From Lingula anatina (Eukaryota > Animalia > Brachiopoda), in NCBI GenBank assembly GCA_051362555.1, contig CM120642.1:15562001-15626000 (forward strand): 64,000 bases of DNA, read 5' to 3'. The notes under the pieces are model-generated. The model was not told the DNA's origin and did not search any database. It saw only the letters and a list, made by a program, of their open reading frames with translations. Made by a program: the position numbers and the translations under genes. This document shows positions 13,701-26,790 of the stretch, piece after piece; the first letter of the stretch is position 1, and the number at the start of each line of letters is the position of its first letter.

Positions 13701-13999
13701 ATAAATTTATTGTTATTGGGTTGTAGGTAAGTGTTTAATATTGTGATATCAGCCTTTGTTATATAGTTGTATCCATATGTGCATTTTCACCAGTAAATAT
13801 TGGTGAATATAAAAAAATAAATTGTTCTTCTATAAACTTAACATTTCAGATGCTTCTTGGAAGTCCAGCATTGTTCTTGCTTTTGCGTGTTTTGTACCCC
13901 CAGTGCACCAAATTCTGTAGCAGAAGAAGAAATGCAAACCAGGCGGCACTGTCAATAATACGCCAAGAAGTGCCACCACAACTATTTGGTGATAATTAA
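6917..13999 (+). CDS. TMEM175: Endosomal/lysosomal K+/H+ channel TMEM175, 16 coding exons
   Basis: Exons 6917-7015, 7662-7700, 8007-8101, 8616-8667, 8985-9020, 9428-9535, 10135-10206, 10551-10643, 10932-11010, 11142-11280, 11809-11956, 12215-12322, 12635-12738, 13019-13105, 13404-13464, 13850-13999. All introns are GT-AG and phase-compatible. Both repeat signatures are present: RVAAYSDAVFSIIATVMILPVTH and RVECFSDGVFAIVATLIILDIC. Confidence 0.95.
7743..7786. repeat. Compound (CT)n(AT)n microsatellite
   Basis: Directly visible dinucleotide runs in TMEM175 intron 2. Confidence 0.9.
8228..8394. mobile_element. 167-bp MITE in TMEM175 intron 3
   Basis: Terminal inverted repeats CAGGGGCGGAT...ATCCGCCCCTG, with TATGA on both flanks (8223-8227, 8395-8399). 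Related decayed copies occur near 38693-38960 and 50399-50571. Confidence 0.75.
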
Positions 14000-15507
14000 G
14001 ATTATTTTACTTATAATCAAAATATACTGCATTTAAAAATACATTTGATGTATGTTTTTCATTATATCCTTGACGCATAAAATGGAATTTATTGAGGCAG
14101 CTAAATTATTGGGGCTCACATAGCCCTTGATTTTGCGAAAAAATAATTTTTGGAAAAAAAAAGATGTGCAATTAAGAATATTTTTCTGTAATTTGTGTGT
14201 TTCATTTAGTCCTTTTTATAAACTAGGGGAAAATTGTGCCCCCCCCCCCCCCACCCACTCCATTTCAGCCTTTGTGTGCAGCTGTAAGTAAATGGAATGG
14301 TGCTGTTTCATGTACATGTACAAGGTGCAGGAGAATAAGAATTGCACGATAAAGAATTTCATTTTATCTTTTGTTGCTGCATTCTACAGAACAAAATTAA
14401 TAGAACTTCCATGCAGTTTTAATATGAAGACATTTCGAGTTGAGTTACATAAAAATATGTATTGTTAACATTTAGTATTATAATTAACATGTTTTGTGCA
14501 TTGATGTAAGTCGTTTGCCTGATGTAAACTGGCAACAGTTATTAAAATATTTAAATGGATGAAAAGACTAAGATTCAGCTTAATATTACATAACAGGAAT
14601 ATTACATAAAAGACTTAATTATTTAATGTATGTGTTCATTATTTATTGTTAATAACGTTTTTTTTTTTTTTTTTTTTTTTTTTTTTGAAAAAAATCACTA
14701 CTTTATTGCAATCTTCCTAGATCGCATAATAATGTAATTCACGCTTTGCTTTGTCACTTATTTTCACCACTCTCGTTGCTACATTTTATAAGAAGTTGCA
14801 TGGTAAATTTGCTTTACATACATGTTTTTATTTTTTTAATAAAGATTTTGTTATTCATCAAGAAAATTGTTGTTTTATTATTTGTTCTTTAGATAAGAAA
14901 TGTTATTCAAAGAATGTGACCGTTCCTGAATCCTAAACCTGAAGTATTTTTTTTTCTGAAAAGAAAAACTTGAGTTTGAATTGGAATGAACTGAACCGTC
15001 ATTACGATGCTCTGTTCTATAAAATAAACTACGAGTTTTACCTGAAATATGTTAATATACAGGGTGATCCATAAAAAACGACCTATTTTACTTTCCGTCT
15101 CAATTTTGATATAATACAGATATTTCCAACTTTCTTTCACCAAATTATTCTGTAAAGATGACCATATTTTATCCTTGCAAATTCTGCAGAAATTGGAAAT
15201 CTTTATACTCCCATTGGATATTGTCTGGTGCACCATAGGCAAATTCTACGGTGACACTTGGAAGAAGCGGAAAGTTCTGACGAACCTTACCTAACAGAGC
15301 TCTCAGATATAAAATGTATGGAGAAAGTTTTTTGTTGAAAACCCTACTTCATGTTATGTACAAGCATAAGATGCGTGATTTATCTATGGATGCATGGAAT
15401 GTTATAAGACATAGCTCCCATTCCCAAGACCAATCTTCAAATTATAGACTAGTCTTCAAATTAAAAGACCTGTTATTTATTTTGTAAATGCAATAGCGTT
15501 CATATAA

Positions 15508-16486
15508 GGCCACACTTTTTTATTTTTATGGATGACATCCTCTGGGTACCCCAAAATCGGTGCGAGAGGGCGAAAAAAAAAAAAAAAAACAGTGCAAAAA
15601 AAAAAAAAAAAACTGCTTAAGTAAAGGAATGCTGTCAGTACACAGCTGGAAACACAAATTTAACCACAGAAACACGTATCAAACTAACAATATGTCTTTA
15701 TCCATGCTCTCAAAATATTAAAGCATTGTGAATACTTCGTAGAAATGTAAAAAAAGTCATGAATTGATATACTTCATATTACCACATCTATTTAAGGTTA
15801 TTTCATGCATTCATTTGGTATAGCAATCAATAAAACAAATATCAATCAAACAGTGTGTCTTTATTTGTATTCTCAGAATATTAAAACATTTTGAACACTT
15901 CACAGAAATGTTTAAAAAATGATGCAAAGATATGCTTAATACTACCAAATCTATTAAAGGTCATTTCAGACGATGCCATTTTGTCAACTTCAACTCACAC
16001 GAAGCAGCTAAACTGTCAGGTGGCCTGTCCGACCTTCAGCCCACCAAATACCTCGACGCCCTTGTCGACCATTTTTTCGCTACAGAAAACCTGGTATTAA
16101 TGTGCTGCTTTATACAGAATGTCACAGAAATGTTTCGGCCGCCGCCAGCCTTTCGCACAATTGTAAAAAGGTGATATCTCCATGCCCAATATCAATGGCA
16201 TACCAATCCAAAACGATGGCGCCCGTTCTCTTTATGACTTTCATTGTTGTGTAATTTGAAAGTAATCCTAGAGATGAATTTGACAGCAAAGTGGCCGCAT
16301 TTCCACGTGGCGAAAATACGCATGCGCAGAAAGCTCATTTCCTTGCAAATTCAATAACAACGTTTGCGACAACCGACTTCGTTGGGGGCTGGGGGGGGGG
16401 GGGGCTTTTTTTTTTTTTGTTTTGGAGAACGGGCGAAAATCCGTGCGCGCGCAGGATGTCATCCATAAAATTAAAAAAGTGTGGCC
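15508..16486. mobile_element. 979-bp non-autonomous DNA transposon, PIF/Harbinger-like
   Basis: ~33-bp TIRs GGCCACACTTTTTTA(T/A)TTTTATGGATGACATCC at both ends, TAA target-site duplication (15505-15507, 16487-16489), and no transposase ORF. Confidence 0.85.
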
Positions 16487-18435
16487 TAACATATAAAGGT
16501 CACAAAGAAAGCAATCGCCCTACCCCTATATATATTTTTAAATGCACAATAATGAAGTCTGGAGCAACTGCAAACGACGTTCTATTCTATCTTATACATG
16601 ATATGTCCTCAACTAAGTATCTGGATTTTAGTCACTGTCGTAACGGAGATTGAGACTGTTAAATTTCACTTGTACATGTAACGGTAAAGAAATTTAGGGG
16701 TTAAATGCAGGGGCATAGATATTAATTTTTCAACGGCTTTGGACAGTATTTACCTAGGTGATTACAGGAAGATGATTGGGATACCAGACTTCTTTGAAAA
16801 GTTTTTTTTAATTCATAAAAACATTAAAATTACCAAAAAAGCATTTAGAATAATCTTTTTATACGACACGGGGAGGCATACTATTCTGTATTTCTGAGGT
16901 GCATGTAATATCAAATGAGTTGCGGTTATTTTGATTGGTTTTTTCATTTTTTAGAATCGTCTTTTTATTGCCGGGGGGGGGGGGGGGGGGAGGGGGGGAG
17001 GCAGTCTTGAGTCCTATGGTCCTTTGTTGTTCATGCTGTGAACATTTTTTGAAGGGAAGACGCTCCCCGCCTGATATATTTTTCAGGGACTGATTTTCTC
17101 TGCTCTTTGACCACAGGTCCGCTTATAGTTTGTAACGAAAGTATTGCCTATTCATTTAGAGGCCCCTGATACAGGCCCCCTGATGTATCAGAGGGTAGAT
17201 TATCTATGGTGAACAATAATTGATTTTCTTGTATTAATGGAAGCTACCAATACCTGGCATTTACATAATTCTCCTATCTTATTCTTACTGCTTCTTAGCA
17301 AAATACTCCTGACGTCGCACCCGACATTTGGTTAAGAAGTGTGAGGAAAGAGTAATTGTTGAGAGAGTATTAATGATTTAATATTATAATGTCAATTTAA
17401 TACATTCACTCTTAATATTGGGTCCACTTGACTTTCCCAGTCTCTTAACTGTTGCATGTTTAAATCAGAATATCTAGCAATTTAATTATTAGGCCTATAG
17501 GCCTAAAGAATCGATTTTGTCTTTTCAAGTAGGCCCTAAAATGTGTAGGCCCTATATGTAGGCTAGGCCCTACTGGGCTCTTTGCATAACATCTTTACAG
17601 TAGTTTTCCGCAAATTTTCGGTGCAGTCACCCCCTTTCCCTGAGCTCACATAAAATAAGCACAAATATTTTTGAGCGCGCCACACGAACTTCACATCTTT
17701 ACAAATTGCTCTCATTTAAAATAAATACCAGGGTGCTTGACGTAAACTTACAGATTATATAAATCAATTGTGTTGAAGTGTAATCTAAGTGTAAGCGCGT
17801 CAGTAATCGGTCACACTTTGTTGATTATTTGATATTGCTCTATTATAAGCTGTTAATACCTTTCTTAGGCGCATTGAGTGTTTTCCAATGCGATCACCTG
17901 AAACCAAATCCGTTTTGTTGACTTAAACTCAGACTTAGCAACGGCTTGCTTGGATACAAGATGGCCGACACAGGGTAGTACTGAAGGGCACAACAACAAC
18001 AACCCATACGGTCTTGAAGTCATCATTCGGCATTATTTTTTGTCCCAGCGATGACAATCACATAGGCTTTAAAGGTAGGTGATCATCTTCAAAAATCATT
18101 GTTATTCCATGACGTGTGTAGAGGTTTTACTAAGATGAATTAATTAGCTCACGTAGTCCCCAATTGCGCTATACTGGAGTAGCACTTGGCGTTAATTCCG
18201 TGTCCCCATTTAGTCGATATATTGACACTTAGTAATTGTATTGAGCGCAATGTGCTGTCATGCTAAAGATTTTAGATTGTTCCTACACTTAATAAGTCCT
18301 ACGTTGCGTGTCTGAAAGTCAAACGTCATTACTTTGCATCGAATTGTAGTTAAATAGGGTAATATATGCTATTCGCATTAAGAAAAACTAATAAATCTGC
18401 ACGGAGTAGTTAATCCAGCTGGGATCATATATAGG

Positions 18436-18437
<2 letters not shown>

Positions 18438-18496
<59 letters not shown>
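18438..18496. repeat. (TA)n microsatellite
   Basis: Directly visible. Confidence 0.95.
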
Positions 18497-18499
<3 letters not shown>

Positions 18500-18591
18500 C
18501 CTCTTGGTACTTATTGGCTTATTGTTCTATTATTGAACAGCGTCCTGAATATTAAACACGACTATCTAATTATAGATCTATATCAATACCC

Positions 18592-20317
18592 ATGGAGGAC
18601 CAACCTCCTAAGCCCGAGGGGGCAGTAGCCTCGCCCGCGCCAGTGACCAGCGCAACTGTCCGAAGATCACGGCCCGGATCACGCACCACTCAAAGCTCAA
18701 ACGGAGATGTCTCCTTAAAACTAACTGACAATCAGCCAGATGACCAACACGTGGACGATGTATTGGACTGGACTCAAAAGCTGAATACTTCAGACCTGGA
18801 TGAGGTCCCCAGCAGAGGAAAAAATGTGCCAAACGAGGACGAGCTACCTCCAACACCTAAAACTCCAGGGGGGACGAAGATTTCTCTTCCCCACCTTACC
18901 CCCGGTACTGCTCAAATTGCTCGTATTCCTTCCCCACCACCGGAGTGGAAGCGGGAGCGAGAACTTACTCTGATGACAAGACGCTCGGCTAAGGGAAAGT
19001 TCCCACCAAAAGTCCGTCTGGCGACAGTTTCCATGTCAGCTCGGTAATTTATTAGAAAAAATATTTATTTATATATCTGTATATACACTAGTACATGAGA
19101 TTTTTAATATGTTACATTTCAGTATATCTACGGAGTTGATAGCTTAAAAGAAATTCGGCGCAAATTTTCTTTATGTCTAAATATTTTTTCTTTCATTTTG
19201 CGCTATTTTAATCAAATGCTTTTAGTATCAAGACGGCGTACGATGCAGCTTTCTGGGTGCTTGCTCTCTGGATAGTTGTCTTCAGCAACGAGGGCTAAAA
19301 TGAAGTGGCAGTGTTAGTTTCATTTAATAAATTAAAAACAGATTTTAATTATTTCATTTACATTTAAATGTTCATGCTGTAGACATCTTTTCTACGAACA
19401 TATGAAACCATAGTTTAATCATTTAATACTTTCAGCTCAAAGGCCTTGACGAAAAACCCCAGTATGTATTATGAAGAGCCTCAGAGAAAGAGGAAGGTTA
19501 TTTCATGGGATGAAGCGAACAACGCCAGGCCCCCTCTGCGGATTGATATGGAAGGTCCCACACCGTGGACTTACTCACCAAGAAATAAACCCTTAAACGA
19601 GACGAATTCACCGTCCTTCAGTTTCGGACGAAAATGTTACCCAGAAAAAGGTGAGATAAAGAGCATCATAAACACTCCACGCACTGTGTCTGTACAGAGT
19701 TTTGTGATTTTTACCAATTTAGAAATTAATAGATTGTTTGTTTTTTAAAAACTTTTTTCTCGTAAAAAGAAAGATGTAGCAGTCTTGCATGACATATAAA
19801 ACGCATTGTCGGCAAAGTTTTTACGATGTTTTCATCGCAGTTTCGTGATAATAGGATATTTTTCCCTTGGCCTTTCATTTTCACAATTAGTGCGGTGCAT
19901 TTTTGTATTCTTGTTTTACAAATCCAACTGGAATATTCACTAATTGAGTGGATATTTTAATATTGGGCGAATATTTAGACCCCGTTTGCAATTTTTTAAT
20001 CTGTGTACATATATTGATAAATATCATTCAAATCTGTTGTCTGTGATTTCAGAGGGTGGATCACGTACAGCCTGGCAGAAAACATGGTTTCAATCACCTA
20101 GACACGTGTGGATAGTCAAGACTGATTACCACTCTGACAGAAGGGTAGGTTACGTGGCATAACAAATTTATATTATTGTAATTAACTTGCTTGGGCAACT
20201 TTGTCAAATTCAGATTTTAAGTTTTCTGAGTCACGCTCGCACGTGTCTGTGTGCGTGAGTGATTGTGCGTGCGTGTATGTGCGTGAGTGATTGTGTGTGT
20301 GTGCGCGTGTGTGAGTG

Positions 20318-20349
<32 letters not shown>

Positions 20350-21252
20350 GTAGGCATGCCAGAATATTTGCACGCTGAACGTGGGATAAAAATCGAACGG
20401 AATCATGATACGACAAAATCCGAAGATGAGACAGCGCCAAAAATAAATACAAATTCAGCACTTGGGGGTACATGTAATATGATTCATTGCTGTATTTTCA
20501 GTGGCCTTCTCCTGCAAGCTACCCACTTCGTCCTACACTGGGACCCCGCCAAAGCACGAGGACAGAGGCGCCATCTTATACCTTTGGTGCAAAACAGGAC
20601 TTTGCCATAGGGAAACACGGTGCGTCGGTATAAATAATCATTAAACGTACACTGTATCATTAAAATTATGCCTAGATTATGAATGTTTTTCATGATTCAT
20701 AATTGCCTTCCCACTTTAAGATCTAGTACAGGACAAATTCCAAACTAATGACAGTGGATGATGATCAAGGTGAATCAAAACGAACCGTTGTACTGCGTAT
20801 ATCTGCATAACTTAATTCGTATTTCCACCCTTTAATGTGAAACCTTTTTCATTATGAACACAAAATTCAGGCGCGGAATTCGAGCCGTCCCCCAGCGCTT
20901 ACAACCCCGGCCAGGCGGACAGACAGCTCTATACCAGAGCCCCCACGATCATCCACAGTTTCCGTCACGATGGAACCGTACTGTGGAAGTCTAAAGGTAA
21001 TTTCCTCATGTTTACTTATTTAAAGGAACAATCACTCAACTTTCCTTTAAAAGTCTTTTAAACAATTTGTCAATGATGTGATTGTTGACCTTGAAAAAAG
21101 GTTATCATTGGGCTTTCCTTTTATTCTTCTTATACTGTTTACTTAAACTAGTACCCATTGAACTATTTTACTAGCAAATGCAGCGAACACTACAGTTCCT
21201 GTACGGGGGCCACGCTATTAATAATGTATACCGCTCGAAGCCGTGTTTTTTC

Positions 21253-21290
<38 letters not shown>

Positions 21291-21754
21291 TTTTTTTTGT
21301 GTTCTCCTCGCCCCTGGTAAAAATCTGACCATATTATTACACGAGCCAACCTGTTTACAGCACGAAACAGATTATCTATTTACAGCAAGGAGGAACTTGT
21401 CAACATAGCATTAGAGTGGATTACTTGATTGTGCATTTTTAACCTTTCTTCATTACACCTATAGATTCATCATAAAAAATATAAATTTTACATAATCCCA
21501 AGCACTTCCAAAAACAGTCATCGGACTGCTCCCCCGGCTTAGCATAATAGGTATTGATGCAACCTCATAACAATTTACTGCAAAAATGATCTCTTTTTTT
21601 AACTTCAGACGCAGTCAAAAACCCGGGACCAGGCGCCTACAGTCCTAAATACTCACTGACACAGCGTAGCAACCCCTCATTCAGTTTCCGAGGGCTGGGT
21701 GACCGGGAAGACAAACCTTACATTGACGAATTTGGACCTTTTTCTGCGTTTTAG
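18592..21754 (+). CDS. STPG3: Sperm-tail PG-rich repeat (SHIPPO/PGP-repeat) protein, STPG3-like, 6 coding exons
   Basis: Exons 18592-19043, 19436-19650, 20053-20144, 20502-19 to 20619 (i.e. 20502-20619), 20871-20996 and 21609-21754 join in frame. Repeats GPTPWTY, PSPASY, PSPSAY and PGPGAY are mostly followed by PSFSFG/PSYTFG-type motifs. The block EGGSRTAWQKTWFQS...KTDY...RWPSPASY matches STPG3 as I recall it. A probable non-coding first exon lies at ~17930-18074 (CAAGATGGC motif, AG|GTAGGT donor). Confidence 0.82.
20240..20347. repeat. Imperfect (GT)n plus (GA)n microsatellite
   Basis: Directly visible in an STPG3 intron. It generates spurious ORFs. Confidence 0.9.
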
Positions 21755-23453
21755 TTCAATTAAGACCTATCAGTTATATATCAGGTTTGTTTTTGACAAT
21801 CAGATCTTAAGTCCTCCTTCACATACATGTACCATTGGAATAGATGTGTAGCACAGATCACTTTTCCCTTAATTAATTGATTAATTAATTAATATATTTG
21901 TTTATTAATTTAATTAATCAGTTTATTTATTTATTGTTTATATGGAGGGATTGGGCTAACAGGCATTGGTGATGATGGATCAGTATACAGTGAATGTTTA
22001 GTGACAGTAACTAAAAAACATAAACATTTTACTGATTTTTCCCCAAAATACTCGAAAAAGGCGTTTCTTTTCTCAGAGGATCATGTAAAAGTATAAATAC
22101 AGATTGTGAATTTACTATAATCATCCTCATGTACAGGGATAGACAACAACTTGATATTTTTGTAGCTATGAGGGAAGAAAAGATTACAGAATCAACTAAA
22201 ATGCGTTGGGGCAAATTCGAACAGGTCTTTCCTTATGTCTTAGTATGTAAGGGGATGCACCGGGGAAATTTGTCTAATGTTTGCGGCGAAGTCTTAATGA
22301 TTTCAGTACAGATTACAAGCTAAATTAATGTAACATTCGTGAGGGGTAACTAGCGTTTAAAAAGATTATATATTCTTCAAATACTGAAAGTGATTTTTGA
22401 TGAGTTTTAAGAGCGCGTTGCACTCTCACAAAGGCACGTATTTGCACTCCTGTTTTGACCTTTGCTGTTTTGATGTTGAAAACATAACAGTAGGGTAAAT
22501 GCATCATTTGTTTAAACACGTGCGATATTTCTTGCCACCAAAGATAACCAAAAATCATTTGGGTTATGATTAGGGTACCCATGATAGGATATCATGTTTC
22601 AACAGTCTAAATTTAGCAATTAATTGATTTTAATCTGGAATCTTAAAAAAACTATTTAACAAGTATAAAATTGTCAAACAAAAGACCGTATGCTCATTTC
22701 TGTTCACAAAACCGTGTGTTATAACATTTGAATTTGAGATATTGCTATTATATAGCAGTAAGTGAAGTGAAGTTATTTAGGTTTTTTTCTATCAACATAA
22801 GTTTAGAAGATTTCACTTTGTTGTCCTCTTGATAGCCTAGCTTGCGAGGCGAAACTTTACACCGAAATGCTTAAATTCGATTTTTATGGGACCCAGTCCC
22901 ATTTTGTATAAGAACATTCACATTAAAATTTATTGTTTTTAATATTCTGGACATGTGAAGGAAGACCACTTAACAGTTTGATCAGTATTGTATAACGGGT
23001 ATGCCACTTATTATGTCAGAAAAGTTTTATTTATGTACTTACCAATTGAATGTAACTCTAAATGCCATGTTAGGTAGACAAATAAGGTTTGATTAATGAA
23101 AAAATGTGATCAGCCTAGTTTGGTTTCTTATCTAAAACAATTGTGTCAAATAGCATTTCTACAATTGCTCAATAAAATTCAAACACATATATCATTCACA
23201 TATAAATTACCACTGTACGATATTGTGTAAAAGTTGAAAATAAAAATTCACGTAAATTTTGTTTTCGTTTGAACTTTTTTATTTTAAAACCACTTTCAAA
23301 GTGCATCGATGCTAGACACTATCTTTATTGTAGGAACTACATGCACAATTTAACTTCCACAGACAGTTTATATAAACGATAAAAAACGCCTTGTTAATCA
23401 ATACATGTGATCTCAGCAAAAAAGCGCTTTTTGAAAACACGCGCTTTTATATA

Positions 23454-24302
23454 TCAAGTGCCAAGTTTCAGAATTTTAATCGTTTGCTCTATGTGATGTT
23501 GGGGGTCTTCCATTGGACTGGTGATACTTTCGAGCAAAAAACTGGATTTCACACAGCCACCTTCCGCATCATGGCTCCACTCCCCCACGTCTGCAGAACA
23601 ATAGATGTAACCACCCCCTCTTGAGAGATTCTCTGACAGTTCATACCCTTTATGACAAACGACGAGGCAAATTCTTATGGGAAAACCGGAGCAGACGATC
23701 GTTCCATTTTGACCTTGCATTATGGGATCTTCGCATTTCTTTTTGCATTTTGGCATCAAACTGGACCAAGTTCCGTCGGAGAGGCACCTTGTCTGGGCGT
23801 CCCCAGCCATCTGAAAATAGTTGTCACAGCTGTAGAAACACTGCGTTCCAGCCAGGGTTTGGAGCTTAGGATCACAACTGATACTGCCATTTGCAGGGAC
23901 GCCTGGGAGCCCAGAACAACGCGCAATTTCTACAGTGATGGTTTGTCTGCATATAGCCTCACGGCCGTATTTGTCAGTAGCCCTGTAAGTTATCTGGTGC
24001 TTTCCAGGTGGAAGTAAGTCGTTCAAGTTGGGACCTGATGTCTGAACTGCCAGTTGATTAAAAGAGTCATAGACAGGTGGGTTTGGGGGCACCCTCGCTG
24101 ATAGCTTACCCAGACTCGTGAAGACGGTCCTCGAAGGCGGACAGTTTTTGATCGTTAGTGGAGGGGGTGCCGGTGGTGGTGGTGGTCGGGGCTTAGGGGG
24201 TGCATACACCCTGGTTACTCGCCCTCTCTGACAACACGAAATCAGTGATATGGTGCCAGAGAGTAAGACAACTGCTACCACGTTGCCCGCCGAATACTTC
24301 AT
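23454..24302 (-). CDS. Secreted protein: signal peptide, Pro-rich linker, HYR domain, two CCP/sushi domains (282 aa, single coding exon)
   Basis: ATG at 24302 begins a signal peptide (MKYSAGNVVAVVLLSGTISLISC). HYR motif: CP...GP....LPPGKHQITYRATDKYGREAIC...ITV. CCP motif: C...P.NG.ISC...C.YSC...F.M.G....CL.DGTWS...P.C. Confidence 0.85.
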   Translation of the reverse strand: MKYSAGNVVAVVLLSGTISLISCCQRGRVTRVYAPPKPRPPPPPAPPPLTIKNCPPSRTVFTSLGKLSARVPPNPPVYDSFNQLAVQTSGPNLNDLLPPGKHQITYRATDKYGREAICRQTITVEIARCSGLPGVPANGSISCDPKLQTLAGTQCFYSCDNYFQMAGDAQTRCLSDGTWSSLMPKCKKKCEDPIMQGQNGTIVCSGFPIRICLVVCHKGYELSENLSRGGGYIYCSADVGEWSHDAEGGCVKSSFLLESITSPMEDPQHHIEQTIKILKLGT

Positions 24303-26790
24303 TTTACGATTGGAAACAAAATCTAAATTAGCTGAAAATAAACAATCGAAGAAATTAGTCAAGATTGCCTAAATCGTCACACAGGTGGATACTGAGGGCA
24401 GAGGCCACCATCCTTAGTCTAACCCCATTCCAAAGACTTAATTTTTGCGAGAAAAGATGACAAATAAATCTAATTTTAACATTCCTTATAGCCCCCCCCC
24501 TTTTTTTTGCTGGATTTCGCCAATGCGTTAACTTGATTTACGAGTATTATACTCACTTTTTCTGTCCCATTGCTGTCGGGAAATATTCCACTGCGTTGTA
24601 ATTTAGAGAAAAAAATATGCATACAACCTCAAAAGTGCTCCTATAAAGCAAAGGGGTGAATGTTTGGCGCGAAATAATTGACAAAACGGATTGTCATGAA
24701 TTTCCGTATCAACCTCGCTTTCAAAACATTTAAACCTAATTCGTTTTATGGACATTATGCAGCTTTGTGCATTTTCATATACTAACAACATGAGTGAATT
24801 AGATTGTTAAACGTAAATAAGCTGTTAGATGCTTATCAATCATACATTTTACTTCCATTCCGAAAAATCGACCCTTATGCCTTTAAGGGAGCTTATCACA
24901 GGGCGTGAACCGCGTCACATTAATCATAAATTTAGGCGTACGTGCTTTCTAACTTGATTTTTAACATTAATGTGGGGTATAACGCAGTTTAATGTCTAAG
25001 TTCTGTATAATTCATTACATGATATTTTCAAACGTGTACTTGTTAACAGACCCAGAACATGCCCTGCCAGCCCATGTTTTGGTTTCTTTGGTTCTTAAAG
25101 TTCACGAAAAGCAATAATCAAAGGACAGTGCATTTAACTGGAGAAAAGGGCTAAGTGGAATAACTTTCTTGACCAGTTCACCTACAATGCTGTTTTTTAA
25201 ACTACTGGTAATTTTTGGCTGTGACCAATTTAATATACGTACACTTGTGCACAAGTACACTTGTGCCTGAAACAAATATTCCAGTTGTTTTTCCAGCAAT
25301 ATAATATACAAAATATATACCAGTAAACCAACATATGAAAATATGCCCTTTTTTAATAATAAGATTATTACGGAACATAGCCATCTATGAAGGTCCAGGC
25401 GGTCCAACAACAAGTTCCGATTTCAGTATAATTCTTATAGCAGCCATTTTGGTGGTAAATGTAAAATGGAATTTTTTTTGGATATTTCTATGTGTAGTTT
25501 ACAATGTATTTATTGTGGAATTTTGGATCTCACATGAAAAGTTATCACTTAAACGGTGGAGGAGCGGTGCCTTTATGGTTTCCCGCCTAGAATGTTTATC
25601 ATCATCAAGCACTGCATTGACTCAAATGACATTCAGAAATTTATAAACGAAAAGGACTCGCGATTAATGTTAGCAGCGTGGCATTTTTATGTGCCCATCG
25701 AGACATCAAAGGATGCCACATATCCAAGGGGAATATTTTATGAACAAAACCATGTCCTAAACCAACGACTTTACTGAGCTTTTTTGGCAGTCAGAAAGAT
25801 CGCGATAGCACAGTTTTTGATATCTTTATTTAGCCCAAAGCATTATTTTTCTACGTTTCTTTCTGTACTGCAGCTATTTTACAATACTGCAGGTGAATAC
25901 AGAATATTAGAAATAGAGAAGGAGAGGAGAAGAGATACGAAAAATCACTCCTTCTCTCCTTCAACCAATGCATTAAGCAGTTACCGTATAAATAATAAGA
26001 AAAGTAAGATGCCCGCTGTTAAAAAATCAAACAGATCGTTGACAAGTACAAGTCGACAATATAATTTTGATGCTTTCCTTACTAAAGCCCCCCCCCCTCC
26101 CCCTAAAAAATTATCAAAGAAATAGGACAGAATACATAAATAACGTGTACTTACGTACAATAAAAGGCCATCAATAACAGTACTGTCGGTTAGGTCAGTT
26201 TCCAACCAGTGTCAGTAGCTCAATGTATACCGCCAGGTCATCTGATCTGATTCACGTTTTTAACGTGAAATTGTCTGTAACTAATTTCCTTTACAAATAA
26301 TCAAGTTCCTGTAAATAGGATGCAAGGTGACTTTGCTTGTTCTTAACCGGCATAGATGTTTAATAAACACATGAATTTGCGCATGGTGCTCCGTTCTAAT
26401 TCTTCGAAGATCTTGTAATTTAGATAGAAACAAGGAAAGGGAAGAAAAACATCCGCTGGGGCAATATCAGCCAAGGTGACATTGCATGTGTGTTTTTTGC
26501 TTGGAAATAAAACTGAAATCCTCGCGGGCAAATCCTTGACATACTTGTCTTAATTACTGAACAAGGACGCATTAACATTCTGACTTCAGCAGCCCAGTCA
26601 CCGGGTGAGATATAAATAAGATGCAGTGACAGAGCGTAGATGTAAGAACTACTTCGTGTTTCAGTTGTCACGGAGTTCCCGACTTCGCTGTGAACTGAGG
26701 TCAGGTTCCTGTAAAACCAAAGCTCTAACGTCAACTGAAGTATACACAAGGGCAAAACACTGAAAGTTGTTGTTGTAAAGCAAAAACATA

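Noticed and set aside
15891-16653. Short ORFs inside the Harbinger-like element
   Set aside because: They have no transposase or Myb motifs and cross homopolymer runs.
20182-20473. SLSLSL/THTH ORFs
   Set aside because: They are microsatellite artefacts in an STPG3 intron.
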